Position numbers and translations under genes: made by a program. Below, one piece after another: positions 1 through 9,890 of a DNA stretch of 49,219 bases. Below the pieces are notes generated by a model. That model made no database searches. It was not told where the DNA came from and worked only from the letters and a program-made list of their open reading frames with translations. Source of the stretch: an uncultured Fibrobacterota bacterium (lineage in GTDB: Bacteria > Fibrobacterota > Chitinivibrionia > Chitinivibrionales > FEN-1185); assembly GCA_963729895.1 (NCBI GenBank), contig CAVSQB010000017.1, forward strand, positions 1 through 49,219, written 5' to 3'. Positions within the stretch are counted from its first letter, which is position 1. The number at the start of each line of letters is the position of its first letter.

Positions 1-1
1 G

Positions 2-370
2 TCAAACATGGATTTCGGGTCGTGCGGACGGCAAAAAAGCGATGCAGACCTTCTGGCTGCCTACGACCGCAGCTTTATACAGCCGCTGTCCTCGAATCTC
101 GGCGCAAACAAAGATGCGTTTCTCGTTGAAGTATGCAAAAAATCCTGGCAGCAGAAGAAACTCGTGTCACTCGCCTTGCCGCGCATTACGCTTCCTTCGC
201 CCGATGCCTTTGATCTGTTCCGAAAGGCCGGCGACGACGACGCACTCAAGGCCGACCCGCGCATCGCGGCGGCAGAGCTTGCTCTTTGGAAAAAGGCCAA
301 AAGACTTCACGAATTCAAGACAAAATTTCCCGACCGGTACAGGCTCGCGCGCGCGGCAGCGGGCCGATAG
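2..370 (+). CDS. hypothetical protein, 5'-partial
   Basis: Frame is open from the window start to TAG at 368-370, 8 bp before the next ATG. No family recognised. Confidence 0.55.
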   Translation, partial: SNMDFGSCGRQKSDADLLAAYDRSFIQPLSSNLGANKDAFLVEVCKKSWQQKKLVSLALPRITLPSPDAFDLFRKAGDDDALKADPRIAAAELALWKKAKRLHEFKTKFPDRYRLARAAAGR

Positions 371-655
371 GACACGTTATGAAACTCGGTCTTTGCGCAC
401 TTTTCCTGATCTGGGGAAGCTCTATCGGGTTTGCCTACGACGAAAAGTCCATGCCGGACCTGATAGTGCCGGAACAAATCATTGCACCGAGCCTTGAAGT
501 GAACGTGACCCACAGATTTTACCGCGTCCCCACGGCGATGTTTCCGGACAACTTTATTACAGGTGCGAACGTCAAGGCGGGGCTCAGGTATGCCATTTGG
601 CAAGGGCTCGAAGTGAGGGCCGAATATGTGTTTATTCCCAAGGAGTTTACCCTAG

Positions 656-1967
656 CAGGGTGTTGAAAAAGTCTCCCTTTTGTAAACATTTATCCTTATA
701 TTATAGGGGAACCCCAACCAAGGAGTATTGATGAGAGGTTCCCAGCCAGCCCAAGGCGGTATGTTCAGCTTCGTTTCTCCGGATTCCCGAGTGCCGGCAA
801 CGCACCCGCTTCGTCGTGTCAAACAGTTTACGGACATAGCGCTGCGCCGCCTTTCTCGTGACTTTGAGGCGATGTACAGCCGGATGGGACGCCCTTCGAT
901 ACCGCCGGAATGGCTTTTGAAAGCACAGATATTGATGGCTTTGTTTTCGATACGGTCGGACCGGTTGTTTTGCGAGATGCTGGACTATAACATTCTGTTC
1001 CGATGGTTTCTTGACATGGATCTGGATGCGGCATCGTTTGATCATAGTGTGTTTTCGAAGAACCGAGATCGACTTATGGAACAGGAGATTGCGCACCGGC
1101 TGATGCAGGAAATCGTGCGTCTTGCTCGTTCCGAAGAGTTGTTGTCCGATGAGCATTTCACGGTTGACGGCACGTTGATTGAAGCCTGGGCATCGATGAA
1201 GAGCTTCAAGCGAAAAGACGCGGAATCGGCGAACAAGACTGACGATGATCGGAGTAATCCGTCGGTTGATTTCCACCATGAGAAGCGAAGCAATGAGACA
1301 CATCAGAGTTCGACCGATCCAGAGGCGCTGTTGGCTCGGAAGAACAAGAGAACGGGAGCGCAGCTGGCGTATTCCGGTCACGTGCTGATGGAAAACCGAA
1401 ATGGGTTGTGTGTTGATATCGCCATTGCGCCAGCGACGGGGACAGCGGAACGGGATATGGCGCTTGAGCTGATAAAGCATGAACGCAGGCGCGGAAAACG
1501 CCGGATGAAGACGGTGGGTGCAGACAAAGGGTATCATGCAACCGAATTTATCAAGAGCCTGCGACGCCTGCACGTGAAGCCTCACATTGCCGAGAAGGCC
1601 AACACTTCGCTTAAAGGGTTGGATGGAAGAACGACTCGGCATAAGGGATACAGCGTAAGTCAAAGGAAACGAAAACGGGTTGAAGAGATATTTGGGTGGA
1701 TCAAGAGCGTCGGTGGCCTGCGGAAAACTCGGGTAAGAGGAATACGAATCAACCAGACTGTTGCCTACGTGGTTGCCGCAGCGTACAACTTGATACGCAT
1801 GGTTAAGTTGATGCCGCAAACGGTGGGGGCAGCATGAGAATGGCCTGGGAATCCGGGGAAATGCCTCGGAACGAGGCAGGTAAAACCTCTCTGACATATG
1901 TAAAGTTGAAGTTAGGTTCATAAAAAATCAACAAGAGCGCTTCTGTTAGGACTATTTCAACAACCTG
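656..1967 (+). mobile_element. IS5-family insertion sequence, copy 1 (1312 bp)
   Basis: TIRs CAGGGTGTTGAAAAAGTC / CAGGTTGTTGAAATAGTC (16/18). 4-bp TSD CTAG at 652-655 and 1968-1971. Confidence 0.95.
731..1837 (+). CDS. IS5-family DDE transposase
   Basis: MRG...FSFVSPDSRVPATHPLR N-terminus, VDGTLIEAWAS, GADKGY, RKRVEEIFGWIK. RBS AAGGAG. Confidence 0.95.
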   Translation: MRGSQPAQGGMFSFVSPDSRVPATHPLRRVKQFTDIALRRLSRDFEAMYSRMGRPSIPPEWLLKAQILMALFSIRSDRLFCEMLDYNILFRWFLDMDLDAASFDHSVFSKNRDRLMEQEIAHRLMQEIVRLARSEELLSDEHFTVDGTLIEAWASMKSFKRKDAESANKTDDDRSNPSVDFHHEKRSNETHQSSTDPEALLARKNKRTGAQLAYSGHVLMENRNGLCVDIAIAPATGTAERDMALELIKHERRRGKRRMKTVGADKGYHATEFIKSLRRLHVKPHIAEKANTSLKGLDGRTTRHKGYSVSQRKRKRVEEIFGWIKSVGGLRKTRVRGIRINQTVAYVVAAAYNLIRMVKLMPQTVGAA

Positions 1968-2475
1968 CTAGACGCGGGCTATTCCATGTCGTTTCCGCAG
2001 CTCTTCCTGAGAGCGCAGGCCTACCTTCAATACTACGGCGCGCAATCGGACGTGTCGCCAAACTGGAATTACAACGCGCTGTACCAGGTAAACCTCCAGA
2101 GCACCGCGATACTGGGAAGGATATACCCTGTTGTGAACGTCGCGTTCGACGGCATGTCGAAGAAGTTCGGCATAGGCACCGGTCTCGACGTGATGGTATG
2201 GAACAACATCGACGCCGTAGGAGAATACTATCCGGCATTGGGGAAGAGGGACACCCAATTGTATACCGGCTCTCCACTTGTCAACTGTTTCTTGGCCGGG
2301 GTAGGATTTACAACCCTGGGGCACCATTTCATGATAAACGTTTCGAACTCCCACGACATGGTGATGCGCAGGCTCATGCGGGGCACGGCCGACAATACGC
2401 TGTATTACGGGTTTACCATTCAGAGGCTGTTTTCATTTTAGCCCTCGCGGGCGGATTGAGGCATCACCGTCTGCT

Positions 2476-2534
2476 GCACGGTAGCCGGGCGCACTCCGCC
2501 TTTCGGATACGGCGGGCGCGCCCGGCTACCGTGC
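2476..2534. terminator. long inverted repeat between convergent genes (bidirectional terminator candidate)
   Basis: Perfect 17-bp IR GCACGGTAGCCGGGCGC (2476-2492 / 2518-2534). The right arm overlaps the GH26 stop codon. Confidence 0.55.
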
Positions 2535-3500
2535 GAGCCAATTCCGCATCGCGGTAAGCGATGCGCTGTCCGCCTCGAGTCTGAAATCCGGCTCCCCGCT
2601 CTTGTGCATGTCGAACCACAACATCGATTCAATGCACGGGCTATTGTCCATGCTTGCAAACAGTTGAGCGAGCCAGTCCGGCCGGCGTGCGTCCGAGACG
2701 CAGCCTATTTCGGTGATCCAGAGGGGTTTCCCCAGGTTCAGGACTGCAACGAGGGATGTGCCGAAGATGTCCTGGAACGATTGCCACTGATGACCTGCAG
2801 CGGGATCGTCCCCGAAATTGTATCCGTCAAGGCCCACGATGTCCACCACGGAATCGCCCGGATAATAAGGCATCAGGTCGGTTTCCACCGTTTGGCCGCC
2901 CCATACCACGCCGGGAGCGAAAATCCACTTGACATTGTTTGCCTGCTCCTGTGAGAATATCCGGTGTGCATGGTTCCAGGCCGAAATGAATTCTGCGGGT
3001 TTTTCTCCCCAGGGAAACCAGTATCCGTTCATTTCGTACCCGAAACGCACATACACGGGAACGGCGGCCAGTTTTGCCTGCCCTGCAAAAACCGACAGCG
3101 TGCTGTCCCAGGTACCCTGAACGATTTCCCTCAACAAGGTGTCGTTTCTGAGGGAATCGTAGTGGAGCGAAAGGAGATTCAGGCTTATCACCGTGCCTAT
3201 GGCGCGGCCCGCATTGGTTGAAACAACAGCGCCGGGAAAAGGGTCGTCGATTTGCTGGAACCAGAGAATATAAGCCGGTTTGGTCCCGAACAATGCGGTA
3301 AAAGTATCCAGATTTGCGGCATAATCCGAGTAGAGCTTGCCGGAGAAAAATCCAAACCGCCGATTGTTGGGAAGCGTGACGGTGGTAGCGGCTTCACATA
3401 AAGCAAGGGGCGGAGGCGGAGACGCGGGTTGCGTGCCGCAGAAGCACAAGACCGCCGAACAGCAGCCGGCACTCCGCAGCCATGGAGGAATCCTCTTCAT
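2526..3500 (-). CDS. glycoside hydrolase family 26 (beta-mannanase-like), probable lipoprotein
   Basis: VRFGYEMNGYWFPW (acid/base Glu), VDIVGLDGYN, KPLWITEIG (nucleophile Glu). Confidence 0.9.
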   Translation of the reverse strand: MKRIPPWLRSAGCCSAVLCFCGTQPASPPPPLALCEAATTVTLPNNRRFGFFSGKLYSDYAANLDTFTALFGTKPAYILWFQQIDDPFPGAVVSTNAGRAIGTVISLNLLSLHYDSLRNDTLLREIVQGTWDSTLSVFAGQAKLAAVPVYVRFGYEMNGYWFPWGEKPAEFISAWNHAHRIFSQEQANNVKWIFAPGVVWGGQTVETDLMPYYPGDSVVDIVGLDGYNFGDDPAAGHQWQSFQDIFGTSLVAVLNLGKPLWITEIGCVSDARRPDWLAQLFASMDNSPCIESMLWFDMHKSGEPDFRLEADSASLTAMRNWLAR

Positions 3501-3523
3501 CCCTTGAAAATAGGATGCGCCCT

Positions 3524-4999
3524 TTACCGGTGCAAAAGCACCGGAATCACGGATGTGCCGCCGGAGCCGGAAACCGCGGCGTAATACACGCCCGCGCCGA
3601 GCCTGTTGCCTTTGGAATCCTCACAGTTCCAGGCAGCATTCCCGGCGGTCACGGCCAGCGTGCGGAGCAGGACCCCGGAGCAGGAATAAATCCAGATATC
3701 CCGCGAGGACACCGGCGACACGAAGAAATTGACAGTCGGGCCATGGCCCACATACCTTGCGTGAGTAAATGCGGACACGGCATTCACCCTCGTATCCATT
3801 CCCACCGACAGTCCCGAATTCACAACATAGATGTGCGCCGGATCGGTCCTTGCAAATTTGTCGGTAAACGACGCTCCGGTTGGGGTAATGGTCCTGTTTT
3901 CGTCGAACACGGTTACCGTTCCCTGCAACCCGGGAACGGTAATCGTCGCCTGCTGCGTGTCGAGACAGCCGGTGAGATTGATAACGCCGGCTGCAAGCAC
4001 GTACAGGCTGCCGCCGAATTCCTTTGCACAAAAGTCGATTTTCCCTTTGGGGTCGCTGGTCTGCACCGTGACCGCGATCTTCGAATCCGCCGTGCACAGC
4101 GCGCCGGCGAGCGCCGTGATGCGGCCGTTCACCTGTTTGAGCATCGCTATCTGTGAATCGCTCACGCAGCACTGCGAATACGACGGGCACTTCCACGAAT
4201 GCGTGAAATAGCCGATCGCGTTGGCGCCGTTGATAATGGCGAGCCACACCTCGTCGGCAATTTCGTAGGGGTATGGCCCGTCGTCCGCCCCGCGCGACGG
4301 GATCGAACACCACTGGCCCGATGTGTTGACGCACTCGATCCACTGATACGTGGATTTCTGGTTCTTTGTGTATTTTGTGACAAGTTCGTTCTGGCTCTCG
4401 CCCACTTTGTATATCCAATCGGGCCTGCACCAGCCGTACACGGGATAATAATCGAAGCCGATCATGTCCGTGTAGTTGGGATAGGAATAATACATGGAGT
4501 CGCTGCCGTTCATCCAAGCCGGCAGCCCGTCGCCGCTGTAGAAACCCGCGGTGATGGTAAGAAGGGTGACGTGAGAAGAATCCCGCGCCTTTATGCTGTC
4601 GTATTGGGTCCGGATGAAGGATGGCGGCACATCGTTGCCCTGCAGGTCAGGTTCGTCGCCGAACACCCACCCAAGCATCGCCGGATGAGCGGCCACCGAG
4701 GATGCCTGGGCTGCATTCCACGACGGAACGGCATACACTCCCTGATTCTGAGCTTCGTTGCAATACGCAAGAGCAGTCGAACCGTCGCCCTGGCCAACAA
4801 AGGTGTTGATGCCGTACGTTTTTTCGGTTGCGATGCTCGATGCGTTTTGGAGCCATGTCATGATCGGAAAAAAGGGCTTTCCATTGAGCGTCATCTCTTT
4901 GTCGGGTCCAATGGTTACCGTGGCGCCGAAACCTGCAAAGGGCAAAACGAGTAACACACACGACAATAACATAAGAGGACGCCTGAACATGAAACGCAT
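3524..4999 (-). CDS. secreted putative glycoside hydrolase (TIM-barrel-like) with C-terminal FlgD/T9SS-CTD-like domain
   Basis: RBS AGGAGG and signal peptide. NGKPFFPI, GWVFGDEPD, DMIGFDYYP, AIINGANAIGYF. Tail IYSCSGVLLRTL...WNCEDSKGNRLGAGVYY. Confidence 0.7.
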   Translation of the reverse strand: MRFMFRRPLMLLSCVLLVLPFAGFGATVTIGPDKEMTLNGKPFFPIMTWLQNASSIATEKTYGINTFVGQGDGSTALAYCNEAQNQGVYAVPSWNAAQASSVAAHPAMLGWVFGDEPDLQGNDVPPSFIRTQYDSIKARDSSHVTLLTITAGFYSGDGLPAWMNGSDSMYYSYPNYTDMIGFDYYPVYGWCRPDWIYKVGESQNELVTKYTKNQKSTYQWIECVNTSGQWCSIPSRGADDGPYPYEIADEVWLAIINGANAIGYFTHSWKCPSYSQCCVSDSQIAMLKQVNGRITALAGALCTADSKIAVTVQTSDPKGKIDFCAKEFGGSLYVLAAGVINLTGCLDTQQATITVPGLQGTVTVFDENRTITPTGASFTDKFARTDPAHIYVVNSGLSVGMDTRVNAVSAFTHARYVGHGPTVNFFVSPVSSRDIWIYSCSGVLLRTLAVTAGNAAWNCEDSKGNRLGAGVYYAAVSGSGGTSVIPVLLHR

Positions 5000-5217
5000 G
5001 ACTGCCTCCTTAACCAATTATACTTTGCCCGGGCAAAACGGGGTGATAACGGCACACCCCCCTCGTAATCGATCTCTTGAGGGTGAAACCAGCAAAGGAA
5101 ATACGTGCGATGGGCGGCGGGTATTTAATTTTTGTTCAGATGGATGGAGCAGAATCAGCAAGGAAGAATCCCGGGAGCTCAGGCATGCACTCCCGGTGAT
5201 CCCGGCAGCCCTCCGGC

Positions 5218-6030
5218 CTATTTCCGCTCCATCAACCTTATCTCCGCCTTCTCATGCCACACCACGCTCACGTCTCCCACCATTGCCAACGGCGCGGTGA
5301 AATTCATTTCGGCATTGAGGATGCAGCCCGCGCGCACGTCGATCACCGCGGTGCCGTTGCCCGTGCCGAAAACGGGAATGTCGGTGAGGGCCGAGCTGTC
5401 CGGCTTGCCGCTTCCGGCATACCGGAATTTCCAGCTTATCAGGGCCGAGTCGCCCGCCAGCACGTTAAGGGTATAGTTTCGATAGACCTCGCACGTGACC
5501 TTGCCGCGCGCCGTTTGCATGGGAACCATATCGGTGCGCTCCCAGGTAAATCCCTGCTTTACCGGCTTTGCAGGAAGAGAGGGCAGAAGCTTGGCAAGCT
5601 GGCGGTACAAATCCCACTCGGAATAACTGCTCGCCGGCATTTCCACGGAGGTGTCTATGGAAGGAAACCCGTTTGCAAGCGACAAAGAGTAATCGGCCTT
5701 GAGCAGCTTGTCGCGGATTTCCTTCTGCAGGTCCTCCTTGTACACGTCGGACTTGATCGCCACGCTGTCGACCTTGACGCCGAGCTTTGCGGCGCCTTTT
5801 TTCGTCGCGGTGAAAAAGCATCGGATCTCCGTTGACTTTGCAGTATTCGAGGATTTTTGGCGGAAATTCCCCTGCGAAGTGTAGGTCGCCGCGTAGTTCC
5901 ACCGCTGCCTGGCGCCGTAGTCCGCTTTGAGCACCACGCCGCCGGCAGCGGGTTTGTCGCCGGCGAGAGCGCCCAGCGCCGTGAGACCGATAAGGACGAT
6001 TCCTGAAATGCGTTTGATCCTGTCTACCAT
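5218..6030 (-). CDS. secreted hypothetical protein
   Basis: 270-aa ORF with signal peptide and GGAG RBS; beta-rich. No family recognised. Confidence 0.75.
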   Translation of the reverse strand: MVDRIKRISGIVLIGLTALGALAGDKPAAGGVVLKADYGARQRWNYAATYTSQGNFRQKSSNTAKSTEIRCFFTATKKGAAKLGVKVDSVAIKSDVYKEDLQKEIRDKLLKADYSLSLANGFPSIDTSVEMPASSYSEWDLYRQLAKLLPSLPAKPVKQGFTWERTDMVPMQTARGKVTCEVYRNYTLNVLAGDSALISWKFRYAGSGKPDSSALTDIPVFGTGNGTAVIDVRAGCILNAEMNFTAPLAMVGDVSVVWHEKAEIRLMERK

Positions 6031-6368
6031 GGGTATTCTCTCCGGGTTGAGTGTTCCTTGCCGGGACCATCGCGACGAACAGAAATAAAAATAGGAAAGG
6101 ACCTGTCAGCGCAACAGTATTATTTTGTCAATAGACTTCTGCGATGGGTGGTTTTTGCAGCGTCGATCAAAGCGCGGCAGGTTTCTCCATACATGTAAAA
6201 GAGCGCGCGTTTCGGTGGAAAACAGCGTTGGAGGCAGTGACACAGGCGAGGTCGCTGCCTGCCTTTGCGCCGCAGGACCCTGCTATCGAAGCCGGCAAAA
6301 ACAAATTCTGGCAAACCGTTCTTTCCGAAGCTATACTATGGGGTAGGACTGCGAGTGAGGATGCGAAT

Positions 6369-8612
6369 ATGAAGTATGCGCCCCGTTGTGCAATGGCCTT
6401 GTTTCTTGCCTGCATGGTAACCGTGAACCCGACCTTCGGGAAACCGCCGGGCGTTTTTCTCGGCACCTTCGACATCGGCAAGAATCCATTGCTTCCCACA
6501 AAGGAGAACCTCCTTGCCGCGTCGGCCGACGTCGCGCGGTCGGGCTGCAAAAAGACGATCCGGGTTCTCGCGCTTGTCGACCCGTCTTTTTCTCCGGCGG
6601 CGCTCGCGCCTGCGGGGTGGCGGCTTGTCTCGCAAGTCAAGGATGTCGCGTCGCTTGAAGGGTGCGAGCGCACCGAACCGTATCTTACCGCCATACCCGG
6701 CATTCTCTCCGTGGAACACCGGACGAGAATTTTTACCTCCATGGACTCGGTGCGCAGCCAGTCGCACATCAACGAGGTTCTTGGTACGGTTTCCAGTCCC
6801 CTGTCCAGGCATTTTACCGGCAAAGGCGTGATTTTCGGGATCATCGACGCCGGGTTCGAACCCCATCACCCTGCCTTTCTCGACTCCCTCGGCCACACCC
6901 GGTTTCTCGGCCTGTGGGACCAGACAGACAACACAAACAACAAGAACCGGTTCGGCTACGGCCGTATCAGGTGGCAGCAGGAAATTGACAGCAACACATC
7001 CTACATAACGCAAGACCCCGCCCACGGAACGCACACCGCAAGCGCTGGCGCAGGTTCCGACAAGACGCATCCCTATTACGGCGCAGCGCCCGACGCAACG
7101 ATCCTCGCAGTGACATACGGAAGCGACAGCGGCACCACGGCAGATGTCGTGAACGGTCTCAACTGGATTTTCTCAGTTGCGGATTCCCTCAAGATGCCGT
7201 GCGTGGTGAACATGAGCATCGGCCTGCAGGAAGGTCCGCATGACGGCTCGTCTCTTGTAGACCGGACCGTGGACGCGCTATCGGGCGCGGGACATATTGT
7301 TGTTGGCGCCGCAGGCAACGACGGCGCCACAAAGGCCCATATCGCATTTTCGCTCGCCGCAGATGAGACAAAGGGAACGTTGGTTGGCGCCACATATGTC
7401 TCGGATTCCATAAGCGCCGATAGCGCGAAATGGCTGGGCTATTCTCTTATCGACATGTGGGGCGAGCCGAATATTCCCTTTTCCGATACGCTTTACATTT
7501 TGACGAACGGGACGGGGTCTTATAAGAAAAGCGGCACAGCCCTGACGACAAACATTAGAACCGCGTCCCAGCAGACCGAGGACAGGCTTCTCTGGCCGGA
7601 TGCCGCAAAAGGGCCCGACACCCTTATCATTCAGACCTTTGTTGAAAAGGCAAACGCCCTTAACAATAAGCCCCATATGGAAATCTTTGTGTTCACCACC
7701 AATTGGAGTTATATCCCCGGCGTGCGCGTCACATCGAACGCGGCCTGCACCATTCATGCATGGAATTGCTACAAGATGGGCTTGGTGGGCGATAACCTCC
7801 CCGGATTTCAAGACGGCGATACCACCATAACCATCAACGAAGTGGGCAGCACGGCAAACAGCATCATATCGGTGGGCAGCTATTTCAGCAAGACTGTGGT
7901 GACGAGTTGGAACGGCACGGTGACAGGTACGGACGACACGACGCTGAACATGTGGGCGCCGTGGTCAAGCATCGGCCCGACAGTCGATGGAAGGATCAAG
8001 CCGGACATCTGCGCGGGCGGGCGCTGTCTCACAAGCGCCGCGTCGAGCACCCCGGATGAAGATCCCACCCGCGTCGTGGTGTGGCCGAACCCTGCCAATA
8101 ATTACGGCCGCTATGCGTGGTCGCAAGGGACTTCTCTCTCCGCGCCGGTTGTTGCCGGCATTGTCGCGCTCATGCTCGAGGCCGACCCGACCCTTACGGC
8201 GTCGAGTGCTCTGCAAATCCTGCAGCAGACCGCGACCAAGGACAAGTTTACCGGCCCCCTCACCACGCCCGACGTGCGCTGGGGCGCCGGAAAGGTGAAC
8301 GCCCTCGGCGCGCTTGAAGCGATGGGCATTCCCGTGGCGTTACGGCATGCGCCTCTGTCTCCCTCACGAACGCAGCCGGTTCTCTTGAAACGCAAGGGAT
8401 GGAATATCCTGACGTTGCAGGGTTTTGCGGGCGCCATGCCCCGGAAGGTCTTTGTGGAGCTGTTCAATGTGCAAGGACGGCTGCTCGCTTCCATTCCCGT
8501 GTCGGCCGACGGCATCGCACGAGTGCCTGAGCACGTGGCGCAGGGTTGTTTCATCGCGCGGGCACAGTGGCTGGGCGGGAAGACGGAAGAGCAGCTGTTT
8601 TCTGGATTGTAA
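6369..8612 (+). CDS. S8 (subtilisin-like) serine peptidase with C-terminal sorting-like domain
   Basis: Catalytic triad motifs GIIDAG, HGTHTA, GTSLSAP. AAGNDG oxyanion Asn, KPDICAGG. Signal peptide from ATG 6369. Confidence 0.93.
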   Translation: MKYAPRCAMALFLACMVTVNPTFGKPPGVFLGTFDIGKNPLLPTKENLLAASADVARSGCKKTIRVLALVDPSFSPAALAPAGWRLVSQVKDVASLEGCERTEPYLTAIPGILSVEHRTRIFTSMDSVRSQSHINEVLGTVSSPLSRHFTGKGVIFGIIDAGFEPHHPAFLDSLGHTRFLGLWDQTDNTNNKNRFGYGRIRWQQEIDSNTSYITQDPAHGTHTASAGAGSDKTHPYYGAAPDATILAVTYGSDSGTTADVVNGLNWIFSVADSLKMPCVVNMSIGLQEGPHDGSSLVDRTVDALSGAGHIVVGAAGNDGATKAHIAFSLAADETKGTLVGATYVSDSISADSAKWLGYSLIDMWGEPNIPFSDTLYILTNGTGSYKKSGTALTTNIRTASQQTEDRLLWPDAAKGPDTLIIQTFVEKANALNNKPHMEIFVFTTNWSYIPGVRVTSNAACTIHAWNCYKMGLVGDNLPGFQDGDTTITINEVGSTANSIISVGSYFSKTVVTSWNGTVTGTDDTTLNMWAPWSSIGPTVDGRIKPDICAGGRCLTSAASSTPDEDPTRVVVWPNPANNYGRYAWSQGTSLSAPVVAGIVALMLEADPTLTASSALQILQQTATKDKFTGPLTTPDVRWGAGKVNALGALEAMGIPVALRHAPLSPSRTQPVLLKRKGWNILTLQGFAGAMPRKVFVELFNVQGRLLASIPVSADGIARVPEHVAQGCFIARAQWLGGKTEEQLFSGL

Positions 8613-8654
8613 ATCTTGAATCCGGGTACTTGACTAGTGCAGAACCCAAGAAAA

Positions 8655-8770
8655 GGCTTTTGGGTGGCTGTGCCGAAAAGGTGAGCAATCAAATGCGCCT
8701 GGATGGCTGAGCCGGGTGACCCCCAAGTAGGTTTATTTGCGAGAATCCAATCTCCGGCTGGGGGGCACCC
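8655..8770 (+). repeat. solo end of the GCTGAGCCGG-TIR repeat family (with upstream degenerate tandem copy)
   Basis: ATGCGCCTGGATGGCTGAGCCGGGTGACCCCCAAG...GAGAATC at 8693 matches 39102-39156 and the reverse complements of 14803-14858 and 48241-48290. Confidence 0.8.
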
Positions 8771-8967
8771 TTGGAGAGCGGCTGGACGGAAAGAAGCGGG
8801 GAATTGTTGGTCCTTGAGAGATAATAGAATGTCTGACTCTTCACGAACGCATGCAAAAGCCACGGATGCGAAAGCCTCATCATTTGTGTCAACGAGGAAA
8901 ACATACTAAAGAGCGCGAAGCGCAACTACGGTACCCTTAACAATGAAATGACAATACGCGGGCTGTG

Positions 8968-9873
8968 TTATTCAAACTGTCTTTGTATGCTCGCCGGCTT
9001 CAAGATTAGAATCCCGCTTCCTGCCGTCTTTCCCATGTCAATTCCTTTCATAGAGCCCGAAGCAGTAATCCTGCCGATAAAACATCCGTTCATCGTGTAA
9101 ACATCGTAGGCTCCGGCCGGAAGACCGTGGAGATTTCCCAGCCTTGTCACGAGCACCGCGGCAAGCCTGCCCGTTTGCAAACGGGGCGAGGCCGTTTCCA
9201 AGACGCGTGCAGGGCCCGAAAAATTCGCGTTGCCGGCCGTAATCACATCGGGACTGAGGGGAATATTTGTATCCGTCAACTGCTGCCCGTAAAAGTCGGT
9301 TACGCGGACGGTAAACGGCCCCGGGCCGAGCCCGGTTGTGTCCACAAAGTAATTGTACTCCATGCGGGGAACCTGCACAAACGTATCGTTGCGGAGCGCC
9401 TCCAGTTTGGCAATCGGCGTGCGATGGTTGAGCACCTGAATGCCGATCCACCATGCGTTGCTGCCGGTCTTGACGCGGTATTCGATGGGGCCGGAAACAT
9501 CCGTTTCCACGTACCACCAGATGATCGCCACGCGTCCCTGGATCGTGTCCGCGATGTTCGCAAACGCCTGCTTGCTTAAGTCAACATTGCCCCTGGGGCA
9601 TTCCGGGCACCGGTCCACGATGCGCACCGTCACCTCGCCCTGCGGCCCCTGAATGCGGATCGACGCACCGCATACCCGTGCGGTATCGTACTCGGTATCG
9701 TTCATGGCGCAGACCATGAGGTCGTTCGGCGACGGGCCGAACATGCAATTTCCGTCGCCCGTGGCATTGTAATACGTTGCCTGACCGGAATGAACCACGT
9801 TACCGCTGTCGGGCTGCGCATACGCGGTAAGGAACGCGGCCGCCACGATTGCCGGTGCAAGGAATCTTTTCAT
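8968..9873 (-). CDS. bacterial expansin (EXLX1/YoaJ-like) with C-terminal sorting-like domain
   Basis: GQATYY...GNC, VRIVDRCPEC...VDLSKQAF (DPBB domain). GSNAWWIGIQVLNHR, PRMEYNYF (CBM63-like D2). Confidence 0.9.
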   Translation of the reverse strand: MKRFLAPAIVAAAFLTAYAQPDSGNVVHSGQATYYNATGDGNCMFGPSPNDLMVCAMNDTEYDTARVCGASIRIQGPQGEVTVRIVDRCPECPRGNVDLSKQAFANIADTIQGRVAIIWWYVETDVSGPIEYRVKTGSNAWWIGIQVLNHRTPIAKLEALRNDTFVQVPRMEYNYFVDTTGLGPGPFTVRVTDFYGQQLTDTNIPLSPDVITAGNANFSGPARVLETASPRLQTGRLAAVLVTRLGNLHGLPAGAYDVYTMNGCFIGRITASGSMKGIDMGKTAGSGILILKPASIQRQFE

Positions 9874-9890
9874 TGATCCCGGCCTTCCCC

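Larger units (their letters stand above)
379..2441 (+). pseudogene. outer-membrane beta-barrel protein (DUF5777-like) interrupted by IS5
   Basis: Signal peptide MKLGLCALFLIWGSSIGFA. Removing IS 656-1967 and one CTAG rejoins the frame as ...PKEFTL-DAGYSMSFPQ.... Motifs THRF, T-x-GHHF...SNS and a C-terminal YGFTIQRLFSF (terminal Phe). Confidence 0.8.

Noticed and set aside
701..1921. 406-aa antisense ORF across the IS5 transposase (also 46944-48164)
   Set aside because: No recognisable motifs or RBS; it is the shadow of the transposase. Its presence in both copies only reflects their near identity.
6144..6368. Upstream extensions of ORFs (S8; likewise 21017, 29553, 41908, 36609, 12009)
   Set aside because: Downstream starts have an RBS and/or signal peptide or match family N-termini.
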